64,000 nt of DNA from assembly GCA_000388065.2 (NCBI GenBank), contig KB932204.1, one strand, 5' to 3'. A program made the position numbers and the translations under genes. This document shows positions 35,283-47,266 of the stretch, in pieces (positions within the stretch are counted from its first letter, which is position 1; the number at the start of each line of letters is the position of its first letter). The notes beneath the pieces are model-generated. The model had not been told where the DNA came from. It ran no database searches and saw only the letters and a program-made list of their open reading frames with translations. Origin of the DNA: Fonticula alba ATCC 38817. Taxonomy: Eukaryota; Protista; Nucleariida.

Positions 35283-38200
35283 ATGCCACCCATGCGGAAG
35301 CCCTCAGGCCCGGCCGCCGGCGCCGGCCCCGGCACGACGCCTGCCAAAGACAAACAGCGCCTACCTCAGCCGAAAGACGCCCTCAAGCAGCTTGTCGCCT
35401 TCTTGGAGCCGGCCCCCTTACTGTCTGAGGGCGAGCCCGCTCACCAATGCATTGTCTGCACCAAGGCGATTGGCCTCTTCGTCGTGGGCTCCTGTGGCCA
35501 TCGCCTGGCCTGTCATACTTGTGTCATCCGTTTCCGGTTCCTCTGCAAGAAGAAGAAGTGCCTGGTGTGCAATGTACGCGCNNNNNNNNNNNNNNNNNNN
35601 NNNNNNNNNNNNNNNNNNNNNNNNNNNNNNNNNNNNNNNNNNNNNNNNNNNNNNNNNNNNNNNNNNNNNNNNNNNNNNNNNNNNNNNNNNNNNNNNNNNN
35701 NNNNNNNNNNNNNNNNNNNNNNNNNNNNNNNNNNNNNNNNNNNNNNNNNNNNNNNNNNNNNNNNNNNNNNNNNNNNNNNNNNNNNNNNNNNNNNNNNNNN
35801 NNNNNNNNNNNNNNNNNNNNNNNNNNNNNNNNNNNNNNGCACCCGCGCACCCGAGCACATATGCACACATGCGCGCACCTCTTTTGCCCCTCTTCCGCAG
35901 CCTCCCCCCGGCCTCTTTTTCCTGACTCATTATCTCCCCCCTTCGGCTTGGTCGCCCTGATGCACTCAGATCGATCTGGACGAAGTTTACTTGACAGCCA
36001 GCGAAACCGCCTCGACCGAGGAGCTGTGCCAGCTGGCGAACACCGTTCCGATGCCCGAGCCCCTGGTCGCTGTTGCCGATGGAATCCGCTGCACCGACCC
36101 CAGCCAGGTGCCCCCCTTGCAGACGATGCTTGGCTATGTGTGCCCGGTTGATGGCCATGCGTTCACCAATCGCAAGGCCTTGCTGGCGCATGTTGTCAAC
36201 GCCCACGGGCGGTCCTTTTGGTATGTCGCTGGCTCGGTTCCCTCCTGCCCGCTCAGGGGTGCATGGAGACCCGGCAGCCGGAGCCGAGTCTTGTGCCATC
36301 GCTTCCCTGGCACTGCCCAATCCCGCACATCCCTGCTTCCGCATTCTGAGGTCGACACCCGTTGTGTGTCGTATCTATGACGAACAGCTTCTTACCCATG
36401 TTCCCTACACACGGCTGCTGCGCGTGCCGGTGCACCATGCGGTCCGTCTTCCCGCCCTGCACGGTGTACCTCCCCACCTTCCTTCGCGCGTGTGCCCTCT
36501 CTCTCTCTCTCCCCCCCCCCCCCCTCCTTGCCCTCGCACCGAGTGGCTCTCTCTCTCTCTCGCGCCCTCTCATCCCATGGACCTCGAGTTCTGCAAGAAC
36601 AGCCCAAATGGCCTCTTCACCGANNNNNNNNNNNNNNNNNNNNNNNNNNNNNNNNNNNNNNNNNNNNNNNNNNNNNNNNNNNNNNNNNNNNNNNNNNNNN
36701 NNNNNNNNNNNNNNNNNNNNNNNNNNNNNNNNNNNNNNNNNNNNNNNNNNNNNNNNNNNNNNNNNNNNNNNNNNNNNNNNNNNNNNNNNNNNNNNNNNNN
36801 NNNNNNNNNNNNNNNNNNNNNNNNNNNNNNNNNNNNNNNNNNNNNNNNNNNNNNNNNNNNNNNNNNNNNNNNNNNNNNNNNNNNNNNNNNNNNNNNNNNN
36901 NNNNNNNNNNNNNNNNNNNNNNNNNNNNNNNNNNNNNNNNNNNNNNNNNNNNNNNNNNNNNNNNNNNNNNNNNNNNNNNNNNNNNNNNNNNNNNNNNNNN
37001 NNNNNNNNNNNNNNNNNNNNNNNNNNNNNNNNNNNNNNNNNNNNNNNNNNNNNNNNNNNNNNNNNNNNNNNNNNNNNNNNNNNNNNNNNNNNNNNNNNNN
37101 NNNNNNNNNNNNNNNNNNNNNNNNNNNNNNNNNNNNNNNNNNNNNNNNNNNNNNNNNNNNNNNNNNNNNNNNNNNNNNNNNNNNNNNNNNNNNNNNNNNN
37201 NNNNNNNNNNNNNNNNNNNNNNNNNNNNNNNNNNNNNNNNNNNNNNNNNNNNNNNNNNNNNNNNNNNNNNNNNNNNNNNNNNNNNNNNNCTCGCTCGCTC
37301 GCTCGCTCGCTCCCATGCACAAATGCACACCCACATGCCGGCTCGCTGTGCACCCCACTGACATCGCTGATGCTCTGCACAGGCCATGTCCCACCCGGAC
37401 ATCCTCGTTCGCCCGGCCGACATGCGGAGCTATCGCCTGTCCGGGCCTCGGGGATTGAGTTCCAGCAGCACAAGTCGCCGGTCGGCTGGGAGTGGCATTT
37501 ACTTTGCCCCGTCCGGCACGGCCCTGGCCACGGCCAATCCGCCGGGGTCTACCGAGATTGCGATGGAGCGGGTGCGGATCTCCCGGCCGGAGAATGCGGC
37601 AGCCGGCGCCGAGGCGGCCGGCTCCACCGCGACAGGCGCCCAACGGAGCAGGGCAAACAAGCCCTCTCGCGGGCCCACCTACTGGTCGGATTTGGCATCT
37701 TCCAGCGGGCGAATCACCGGCATCGGGGCCTCGGTGGATACCAGCCGCGGATCGGGCAACTTCCCTTCCCTGGCGGATGTCCATGCGTCGAGTGCCGGCG
37801 CGGCCGCGGCCGCCGCGGCTCCTCCTCGGCCACCGGTGTCCGTTCTGCGGGCACAGCGCGCCGCGTCGGCGGCCGCCGTTGCCTCGGGCGCCGCGTCGGT
37901 GCGGTCTTCCTCGGCCGCTGCCAATTCCTCGGCCTCCGAGCGCATGGTCACCCTGCGGCCAGCCCGGCGAACCGTGTCAACCGGCTCGTCGCCGGCCCTG
38001 GCGCGCATGGTCAACCAGGCGGCCTCGGCGTCGGGCACCGCCGCCGGACGTGGGGCCTCCCCGGCCGCCCCGGACACCTCCTCCATGCGTGTCCTGACGC
38101 CGGCCCAGCTGCCGGCGCGGCCGGCCGCCCCGACCCCGGCCGCCGCCCCAGCGCCCTATTCGGTGGTCGGACGCGGGGCGGCTTCCGTGGCGGCGTCCCC

Positions 38201-38684
38201 TCCCCTGCAGTCGACCTCGCGCCAGGCGCGCAACCGGGCCGTGCCCCTGTCGGTGGCCTTGTCGGCCCCGGCGGCGGTCGGCGCGCCATGGTCGGCGGCT
38301 GCCACGCCGGCCATTTCCTCGACCAGCGCCTCGACCTCGACCAGCGCCGGTCGGCCGGGCGCGGCTGCTCGATCGAGCCCTGCCGCCTCTCTCGATGACT
38401 TTGCTCCCCTCTCGGCGGTGTATGCCTCCCCGACTCCGGAGCCCCCGGCTGCCAACAATTCCCGGCGCAAGGCTGGCCAACCGGCCGCGGCGAATGCCGG
38501 CCAACCGGCCCCGCGCCGAGTGCTCCGGATTGTGTCGACCCCGGGCCGCCGCGATGCCCTGGTCAATCGCGCTGCGCGCACGGACTCCGACCTGACTGGT
38601 AGCCTGGCGGTCAAGCGCTGCCCCCAGTGCTCCTGGTCCGGGCTAGCGCGCGACTTCCACACCCATGAGATGTCCCACTTCTGA
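35283..38684 (+). CDS. ZNF598: RING E3 ubiquitin ligase ZNF598/Hel2 (ribosome-collision quality control); two internal gaps
   Basis: RING CIVCTKAIGLFVVGSCGHRLACHTCVIRFRFLCKKKKCLVCN fits the Hel2/ZNF598 pattern. C2H2-like CPVDGHAFTNRKALLAHVVNAH, an NFPSL motif, and a terminal CPQCSWSGLARDFHTHEMSH finger as in animal ZNF598. Gaps at 35582-35838 and 36624-37289. The ATG is preceded by an acceptor-like ctgCAG, so an upstream exon is possible. Confidence 0.82.
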
Positions 38685-38736
38685 GGGAACCCCCTCCTTC
38701 TTCTCCCCTCCTCGCTCCTCCCTTCCCATCTCGCTG

Positions 38737-38772
<36 letters not shown>

Positions 38773-39346
38773 TTCAGATCCGCGTGTGTCCCGCCTCGCG
38801 CGTCTTTCTCCCTCTCACATCCCGGGGCTGCGTCGCATGTGAGGGCACGCGTGCGTGTGTCTGCGTCTCAGCAGGCGCCACACTAGCACATATGCCCTTG
38901 TGTGCTTTTCTCCGACACCCTCCTTGCTATCCTCTGGCAAACACCAATAGAACACTAGAAAATGCCCATCCGTTGGTAGCCGGTCGTTACTTTTTAAACT
39001 CCTGCGTGCCATGCCGCGCCGCGATCTTGCCCGTCCCCCCGGCATTGGGGGGCTCCCTGCCGTCACGCGCCGCGGGCTATCGCCGGCTTTCTTGCTTGGT
39101 GCTGGGTCTCGGGCTCGGGCAGGGTAATGTCAATTCTAAGAGCAGAAGGTCTGGAATGGACGGAGTCCCTGCTCTATACACTATCCCTTCCTCCCTTCCC
39201 TCCTTCTGTCTCTCTTTCTTCCCCCCCCCCCCGCCCCTCTGTCTCTGCTTCTCCTTCCTGGTATTTCGTTACATTCCTCCCTTTGTGCCACATCCTCCTC
39301 CTCGGGTCCCCCTTGCCTGTGTGGCTTTCTCTCTTCCGCCAGCAAC

Positions 39347-42300
39347 ATGGGCTCGTCCCCGGTGGATGTCCACTTCTCGGACCTGGTCAAGTCTCCTGGG
39401 GACTCGGGGCCCAGCGCCGAGCCCACCCGGGACACGGGCTCGACTTCGCTGTCGGCAATGAGGGATGACGACTTTCCCATGTCGGACTTCGAGATGGATG
39501 ACATGCACTTCGATGAGATGTTCGACATCCCCGACATCAATGGACCTGACGTCGGCGCCGGCGGGCCCGTTGATGTTGATGCCATCTTGGATGAGCTGGG
39601 CTTCCTCTTTGAGGGCGACGAGGAGGGTGCTCGCTCGGCCCCGGGCCCGGTGCCTGTGTCGCACCCTGGGGCGCCGCGTGTGCCGGACACCTTCACCCTC
39701 GTGGCCATGGGTCAAACGGCCAGCTCGCCCGGTGTTGCCCTCGCTGGCGGAATTGCCCATGTCATGCCCCCGGCAACGATCGCCGGACCCAAGGCTCCGA
39801 CGCATGCGGAGTCTTCGTGCGTCCCGCGCGCTGTGGGGCGCGGCGCCAAGTCCTTCGGCACTGGTGGCCTGGCGGATCCGGTGTCCTGGTCTCGAATCCC
39901 GAGCATGGAAAGCTCCCTGAGCGATGGTCGACTGTCAGTTCGCCTGGAGCCCGGCACATTCAGCCAGCCCCTTCGCTGCCCTCGGTCCGGCGTCACGGTC
40001 TTTGTGGGCCTGGGCCGTCGAAATGGCCCTGCCGATGGGCCGGCGCCGTCGGGCAACGCGTCGGATCTCGGCGTCGCGGCCCTTGCATCCACCTTCGCAC
40101 GGGGCCTGGCCCGGCTGTCCGCCACATCGGAGCACCTCCAGGGGGTCTGGCCCCTGCCATCGGCTCCGCTGGCCGTGCAGCACTTGCTTCTCTCCTCCAA
40201 GCATTTTGCGGAGGCCGACAAAGATGACGAGCACCCGGGCTCGCGCACGGCCCCGCTCCTTGGCGAGCCGATGGCTGTCCTTCGCCGTCGAGCCGAAGTC
40301 CTCCTGGCGACCGGTCGTGCACAGGCCGCCGAGTTGGCGGCCCCGGCCGGGGCCCAGCTTGCCCCGGCCGGGGGTGTGCTCCTGACCGAGCGCTATGCAC
40401 CGCGGACCTTCATCGAGCTGCTGTCCGACGACCGGTCCAATCGCCGGGTGGTCTCCTGGATCCGGGCATGGGATTCGGCGGTCTTTGGGACGCCGGCCCC
40501 GCGCCGGGGCCCCTCCTCGAGCGCCAGCGCAATTGGCGTCGGTGACCAGGGCGAGGCCGGGCCGCTGGACGCCCTCGGCCGTCCATCCAAGCGCGTGCGT
40601 CTTCCCCTTCCCCCCCCCCCCTCCCAATCTTTCTTCCCTTCGGCCGTTGTGCTTGTCGCCAAGTGGGCTTTTTTCCTTCTCTTTGCCGGCCCACCTGCCT
40701 GGCCTCCTGCTCTCTTCTCACAGGCCCGTGCCATTGCGAGGTGTAGATGCTCCTTCTGAGCGGCCCTCCCGGTGTCGGTAAAACCACGCTGGCCATGCTG
40801 GCAGCTCGGATGGCCGGCTACCAGCCGATCCTGATCAATGCCTCGGAGGACCGGTCGCCGGCCGAGCTGCGCGAGCTTATCCTGGCATCGTCGGAGAACC
40901 ACACGCTTGCCGCCCAGGCCGGTGGCTTTGGCCTGGCAGCCGGGGGTCTGCCCAATTTGGTGATTGTCGACGAGTGCGACGGGCTCTTTGGCGGTGGCGC
41001 CGGGGGTGGCGGCGGCGGCGCGGGCAGTGGCGGTGGGGCATACAGCGCCATGGAGTCCCTGCTGGCGATCTTCCGCGAGGATGGTGCCCGGGAGCGAGCC
41101 CCTGGCAAGCGCCGGGCACGCATCCTCCGCCGGCCGGTCCTCTTTGTGTGCAATGATCCATATGTGCCGGTTTTGCGGTCCCTCCGTCGGGAGGCATTGC
41201 ATGTGGCCGTCCCGCCGACGGCCTTCAGCCGCGTGGCCCGGCGTCTGTCGACCATTTGCGCGCAGGAGGGTCTGCCAGCCGACGCGGCGGCGCTGATGCT
41301 GCTCGCCGAGCGCGAGGGCGCCGATCTGCGCGGCTGCCTGAATGTCCTGCAGTTGGCCCTGGCACAGCGCCGGCTTCAGGCGGCGACAGCGCACGGGGCG
41401 CCCGGGTGGCGTCTCTCTCCGGCGGCCATGCGCCAGCTGCTGGAATCGAGCCGACGCGACACGAGCACCTCCCTTCCGAAGGTCCTGCGGGCGGTGTTCA
41501 CCCTGCCGGGTGGCTCCGGCTCCGGCTCCGGCCACCGGTCTCTTGGGGATTTGCTGGACCTTCTGCTGATGGCGGACTCAGATCGGAAGAGCGTCGTGCG
41601 GTGTTCACCCTGCCGGGTGGCTCCGGCTCCGGCTCCGGCCACCGGTCTCTTGGGGATTTGCTGGACCTTCTGCTGATGGCGGACTCGGACCCGGAGCGTC
41701 TCCTGGACGCGTGCTTTGTCAGTTACGCCGGGTGCCGAGCGCCGGACGCCGTGGTCGACCGGGGGTTCGGCTCCGCCCGGGGGAGTGCCTCTCTGGGGGA
41801 TTGGTTGCACTATTTCGAACGGGTGCGCCGCGTGTCAGCCGGCGTCGACGCCGGCGGATCCACCTACCCGGCCTTGGCGGTGGCAGCCTTCCATTATGTG
41901 TGCGCCGTGCCGGGGTCCCTGGCCGGGGGCATGTCGCTGTCTTGGCCGGCGCGCTTCCCGCTCGAGGCGCCGGTGACCGGCCGAGCGGCCGAGTTGCGTG
42001 ATGTCGCGGCTGTCTGCGCCGCCGCCGCCGGGCCCGCATTGCGCTTCCCAATCCAGGCTGAGGGGGCCTTCTTGTTGGATTATTTGTCCTTCTTGCCGGC
42101 GCTGCTTGCGCCCCCGAGCCGGCCTGTGCGTGTGCTGTCTGCTCTGCGTGTTTGTGTTTTTTTTTTGCCTGTCTTTTGGTCGCCCTTATCCCCTCGGTCC
42201 AACCTCACGCCCTTTTTTTCGCTGTGCCTTTTTTTTTTCCTCGCTTGACGCAGGGGGTCCTGGCGGCCGGTGCCGTTTCCGGTCGCGATCGCGGCCGGAC

Positions 42301-43322
42301 ACAGCGCCTGGCCGAAACCTTCCTGACCTACGGGCTGCGTTTGGTGCCCGTGCGCCTGGAGAGCCCACACGAATGGGACGCCGGCGGCCGGCGCAAGCGC
42401 CAGGCCCTGGGCGGTGGTGATGGTGATGATGATGCCACCGGCCCGGGTCCTGCATCCTCTTCACACGCCACTGACAGCTTTGAGTTGACCCCGTACGTAG
42501 ATGCCCGGCCCCGGTCGACTCCGCGCGCCCTGTGCTATGATTGACATCCTTTCCCCGGCCTCCCCCTCGCCCTTCTTTAGACCGATCGATCGGCTGGCCC
42601 TCTTTGAGGAGGAAGGCCACGCTCTGGGCCTCGTCGGCGGCGGTGGCGGCGCGTTCGGCGGCAAGCGGACACATGGCACCCTGGCCAATGATGCGGCATC
42701 GGCGGCTGTCGCGCGTCGCAGTCATCCAGCCTTCCCGGTGGGCAGGCAAAGCTATGCCGCGCTGGCAGCGCTGCATGCGGCCATCGAGGCGGAGCGCTCA
42801 CGCCGGGCAAATGCCCGACTCGGGCCGCCGGCACCGGCTCCACCGGTGTCAGCTCCGGCCTCGAGCTCTGGCCCGGCGATGGCCGCCGCGCACCCGGTGC
42901 AGCGGGTCCTTGCACAGACGGCCCCGCCCGTTGCCCCGGGCTCCCCGAAGAAGGGGGATCCCCTGACCCCTCGGCGCATTGCCGCGCGGCATCGCGAAGT
43001 CACGGCCCTGCTTCATGGTGGGGCCGGGGGCTCTGGCTCTCGCACATCCGACAGCATGGTGGGGGCCTCCGTCGCTCGGGACTTCTTTGGCCGGGTCATC
43101 GGCGCGTCTGCCGCGGCCACCACCCCGACCGCTTTGCCACCCGACGCACTGGCCACCACTGACATGGCTGCCGGCGAGCCCTCCAACGAGGCACTCCAGC
43201 TACACCCCGACGAGGCGACATCCCCGGAGGCGCCGGTGCCGACGATCCGCTTCTGGTATTCCTTCAATGAGGGCTTCTCCAATGCGGTCCGCCAGCGCGT
43301 GGATATCACCTCGCTCATGTAG
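39347..43322 (+). CDS. CTF18: Chromosome transmission fidelity protein 18 (large subunit of the alternative RFC clamp loader)
   Basis: ERYAPRTFIELLSDDRSNRRVVSWIRAWDSAVFG; Walker A GPPGVGKTT; INASEDRS; IVDECDG; RPVLFVCNDPYVPVLRSLR; DLRGCLNVLQ; C-terminal FWYSFNEGFSNAVRQRV. Introns near 40597-40746, 42130-42254 and 42493-42580. The apparent frameshift near 41580 is an artefact. Confidence 0.93.
41491..41686. other. Assembly artefact: 89-bp direct duplication (41491-41579 and 41598-41686) separated by Illumina adapter AGATCGGAAGAGCGTCGTG (41580-41598)
   Basis: The 19-mer is identical to the start of the TruSeq read-2 adapter. The copies are offset by 107 nt, which shifts the CTF18 frame. Confidence 0.95.
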
Positions 43323-43393
43323 ATCCCCGTCCCCCTTTCCCAGGTGACAAACTATACTCTTCTTCCTAAGTGTCCCCCTTCCTCCGGTGGCTT

Positions 43394-43424
<31 letters not shown>

Positions 43425-43588
43425 CAGCTCCCCACGCCTGCTGGACCCTTTGCCTGTGTGTGAGGGGTGCCTTTTCTTCTTCACATTTTGGTCCTCCGCG
43501 GCCCCACCCTCCCCGCCGTGTCGTGCTCGTGCGAGTGTTTGCTTTTTTCGTTTGCCCTTTCCGGGCATGTCCCCCATGCGAGGGGCTT

Positions 43589-46557
43589 TCATTTTGACGA
43601 TGGGAGGCCAAGCCAAGACCGGCACCGCCGCAGGAATGACCCGCTGCCCGTGCCCGGGCGCTGGGCATCATCATACATGGCGAGCAGGAAATTCAACATA
43701 CTGGCCTGTTCGATGGTTTGGCGCACGGGGTCCAAATACCCATGGTGGTCGGCCTCCAAAAGCCCGGTATCCAGATGGGAGCCGGCTGGGAGATCCAGCA
43801 CGCGGAGGAGGGTGAGCGGAGCCGGGGCGCCGGCGGCGGCGGCGGCCCGGCGTCGAAGGGCGGCATACTTGGCCGCATGGGCGGCCGGGGCCCGGCGATC
43901 GGTCAACGCGCAGGACACCCAGGCCGCCGTGGTCCAGGCCCCAGCCCCGGCGAGGCCATGTTGAAGTCGATGAACGGGGTCGGCCAGCTGGGCCAACTCC
44001 GGGTCACTGGGGTCGCCCCACTCCCGGCGCTCGGCGGCCCCGAGCAGGCCGCCACCGGCGGCGGCCAAATCCGCCGCCACATCCAGGAAGCCCGACCGAA
44101 GGACCGCCGCATCGAAGAGCCCCGGCTCCTCGATGGCCAGGGCCGCGGCCGCAGCCCCGGCACTGAAGGACCCGAGCGCAACAAAGCGCCCGGACTCGGC
44201 CTCGCCACGTGCCCACCGAGCCGCCAAGCGAATGTCCTCCACCGTGCGAAGAAGCCGGCCGGCTTGTCCGGTTCCACTCCAGTGCCACCCGGTGCCACGT
44301 TCGCCCCCTCCTCGTGCATGGACGACCGCCACATCCCAGCCAAGCCCGAGCAGGATGCGCTCCGGATCGCCGAGCCCCAAGCGCGCACTCTGCCCGTAGG
44401 AGCCATAGGACTTGAGCAGCAGCGGCGCCGGGCCCGGATGGGCTTGCTGTCCGGTGAAGTAGGTGACTGGTATGCCGGAGGCCCCCAGCAGGAGCGGCTC
44501 CACTCCAGCAGCCGCGGAGGATGTGTCCACCTCAGCCGCCGCCAAGACCCTCGGCATCAGGCTGGCTCGCAGCATGTCAGGAACACCGGGCGGGAAGGTT
44601 CGCAAGGGGGATGTGGGAGATCAAAAAAAAAGAAAGAAGAGACCAGTGTGCCCTTCTTCCGCCACTTCAAAGGAAGCAGCACGCCCCCAACCGCCCCCTG
44701 TCAATCCAGGCAGCAACTTGAAGAGGGTCCGCGTACCGGGCGTCTGGCTGGTCGAGTCGGACCTCAGCCAGACTGGCGGAGGTGCATGGCCCGCGAACAT
44801 AAAAGTACACGGCTGACGGATCAATCAGGGGAAGGCCATCCGGGGTGTAGGCCACTGGCAGGCCGGGAGTGACTTCCAACCCGGCGGAGGCCACGCAGGG
44901 GACCTCATGCCAGTGGGGATTTGGCATGTCGGTCGGGGCGTCCACCAAGGTGGAAGGAGCCAAAGGAGGGGTGATCCTGCGTACAGGGCGTGGCTGCTCA
45001 TTCGGCGTCAAGAGGCCCTGTAGGGGGACCTCGGTGACGGTGAGGGTATCCGCGTTCAGGATTGCCACCGAGTGTCCAAAGCAGCTAGGCCGGGCGCCGG
45101 GGGGCGCGTGTCAGTCCCAAGGCGCCTCGTTCGGCGGCCGCGCGAACACCCCTAATGGGGAAGACATACCCATTTCCATAGATCACCACATGGCCGTGGC
45201 GGATGTCAAGTGACTCGATGGTTCGCATGTCGGGGCCCGGGTCGTAGGCCAAATGCCAGCCGGAGCCGGGGCCACGGCTCGAGCGGAAGAGCCGCAGGCC
45301 CGGGGCCGAGGCCGCATCGGCCGGTCCGGTGGCAAGCAGCCAGAAGGAGCCATCAGGTCCGGGGGACTGGCCAAAAAAGCACGTCCCGCCCCGATGGCGG
45401 GGATGGATGCAGAGCAATTCCACAGCGGCCCCGGGCATGCCGGGCAGGCTGACACTTTGCAGCGTCTCGTGGGGCGGGGCGGCCGGTTCGCCGGCCGAGC
45501 GGACGGCCCACACTTCGCTTCGGTCGTGCGATTGAACCAAAAGTGACAGCATCTCCGGGCCCGGCAGAGTCCCCAGGCCGAGGAACATCGACGGGTCGGG
45601 CTCGGTGAATAGGGACACCGGTGCCGGCATGCCGGAAGGAGTCGGTACCCCGGCAAGCAGGGCCGCCGGGCGGCCGGTCTGATCGGCCTCGAGGAAAAGC
45701 AGCACACCGCTCTCGGGGAGGCCCTTCCCGCCGGTCGCCAGCCAGCAGGGGCCTGACGCTGTGGCCGACAGGCGCTGAGGGCGAGCCCCGGCGGCCGCGG
45801 CCCCCGGCCGGGTGACATACAGCAAGTGACTCTCGGAGCCCGGAGGCCCGGCCAGCAGGACCGCCGCCCACCGGCCGCACAGGGATTCACTCACCGTGAT
45901 GACCCCTCGATCGAGGGCTCGAGCAGCCTCGGCCACCAGGCCTGGGTCATCACCAAGATCCGTTGGCCGGAAAACCAGCTCATCCGTCGGCCCGGCGGTG
46001 TGCTGGCCGAGGGTGCCAGTCGAGTGGGGGCCCGAGCTGCCGGGCTCAGCTCGCCGACGGTACATGGCCCCCCCATCGACAAAGTAATCGAACCCGACAT
46101 ACGCCTGCGAGGGTGCCATGGAAGGGTGGGCGCACATCGGGGGTCAGCAAGCACCCTGCCGGACTCGGCAATTCGGGCTCCATGGACGCACCGGATTCAG
46201 CGGCTCCCCGGGCAGGGCCAAGCTGGCTTGCTGCCGGTCGAGGCTTTCCATCAGCGTCCCCACACGCCGGACGTGCGCCCCGGTCCAGCGCAGGGCATGG
46301 TCATTTTCCCGAACCAGGTGCTGAAAGGCCGGTGCCTTGCGAAGGGCAGCACCGGCGGCTTCCGCGACATCGGCAACATCCCCGGAGGGAAAGGCGCGCC
46401 GAATGAAGTCGACCTCGGTGACTCGCTCCAGCTCGACCAGCGGGCCCTCCCAAGCGGGCGGCGGAGAGGAAAAGGACCGGGTCCAGGCACATGCAGCGCC
46501 AGGCAGCAGGCGCCGACCTGGCCGAACGGCCAGATTGACCCTGGAAAGGTGCAACAT
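43589..46557 (-). CDS. Prolyl oligopeptidase family S9A serine peptidase, PREPL/oligopeptidase-B-like, with a probable mitochondrial presequence; 4 exons
   Basis: LLKSYGSYG, HARGGGERGTGWH, nucleophile GSFSAG, GFLDV, EWGDP, Asp in LTDRRAP, His in LDLPAGSH, and N-terminal HLVRENDHA. Phase-compatible introns after GEPLNP, IYGNG and QPDAR. N-terminus MLHLSRVNLAVRPGRRLLPGAACAWTRSFSS is Arg-rich with no acidic residues. Confidence 0.88.
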
Positions 46558-46726
46558 CGGGGGTCAAAGACAGGGCAGGGCAAGGGAGCAGGTGGGCAGG
46601 GGAGGGGGGGGGGGCGGACAAAAGTCGGGAGATAAAAAAGACCCACCACACCCAGGCGGGGATGTGTGTTCCCTTTCTGCGTGCCATCCTCCCAGGCACG
46701 GTCCCCCCCGCCCCCCGCCCCCCGGT

Positions 46727-47205
46727 TCACCGACGCCCCCGGACGCAGCCCGCGCGAGATCCGATCGCGAGGGACGATGGCGCACACGCGCGCGATGCAT
46801 GGTGCATGTGAGCGTGTTTACGTGCGATGGGTGCGTGTGGTGGCGGGCAAAAAAAGTGTATTGTCGGAGCGTTGGCATGTATTTGTTCCGGCATTGTGCC
46901 CCGTCTCCTGCCAACAGGCAAGGGGGCTGGGCCGGGGGGGGGGGNNNNNNNNNNNNNNNNNNNNGGGGGGGGGGAAAGAGAGAGGGAGAGGGAGAGCGTG
47001 CAGGGAGGGAGGCGGCAAATGGTCGCACATGCGGAGGGACAACGGCACGAAGACGTCCGAGCTGTAGACAATGTCCTTGGAGGACTGGAGCGAATGCCCG
47101 GGCCGCAAGACCGGGGCGGCTAGCTGGATCGGTTGGCGGTCCAGCCGCTCCGACGGGCTGAGGGGCATGCTGGCGGGACCTCCCAAGCTGCAGGGGGGGG
47201 GGGGG

Positions 47206-47266
<61 letters not shown>

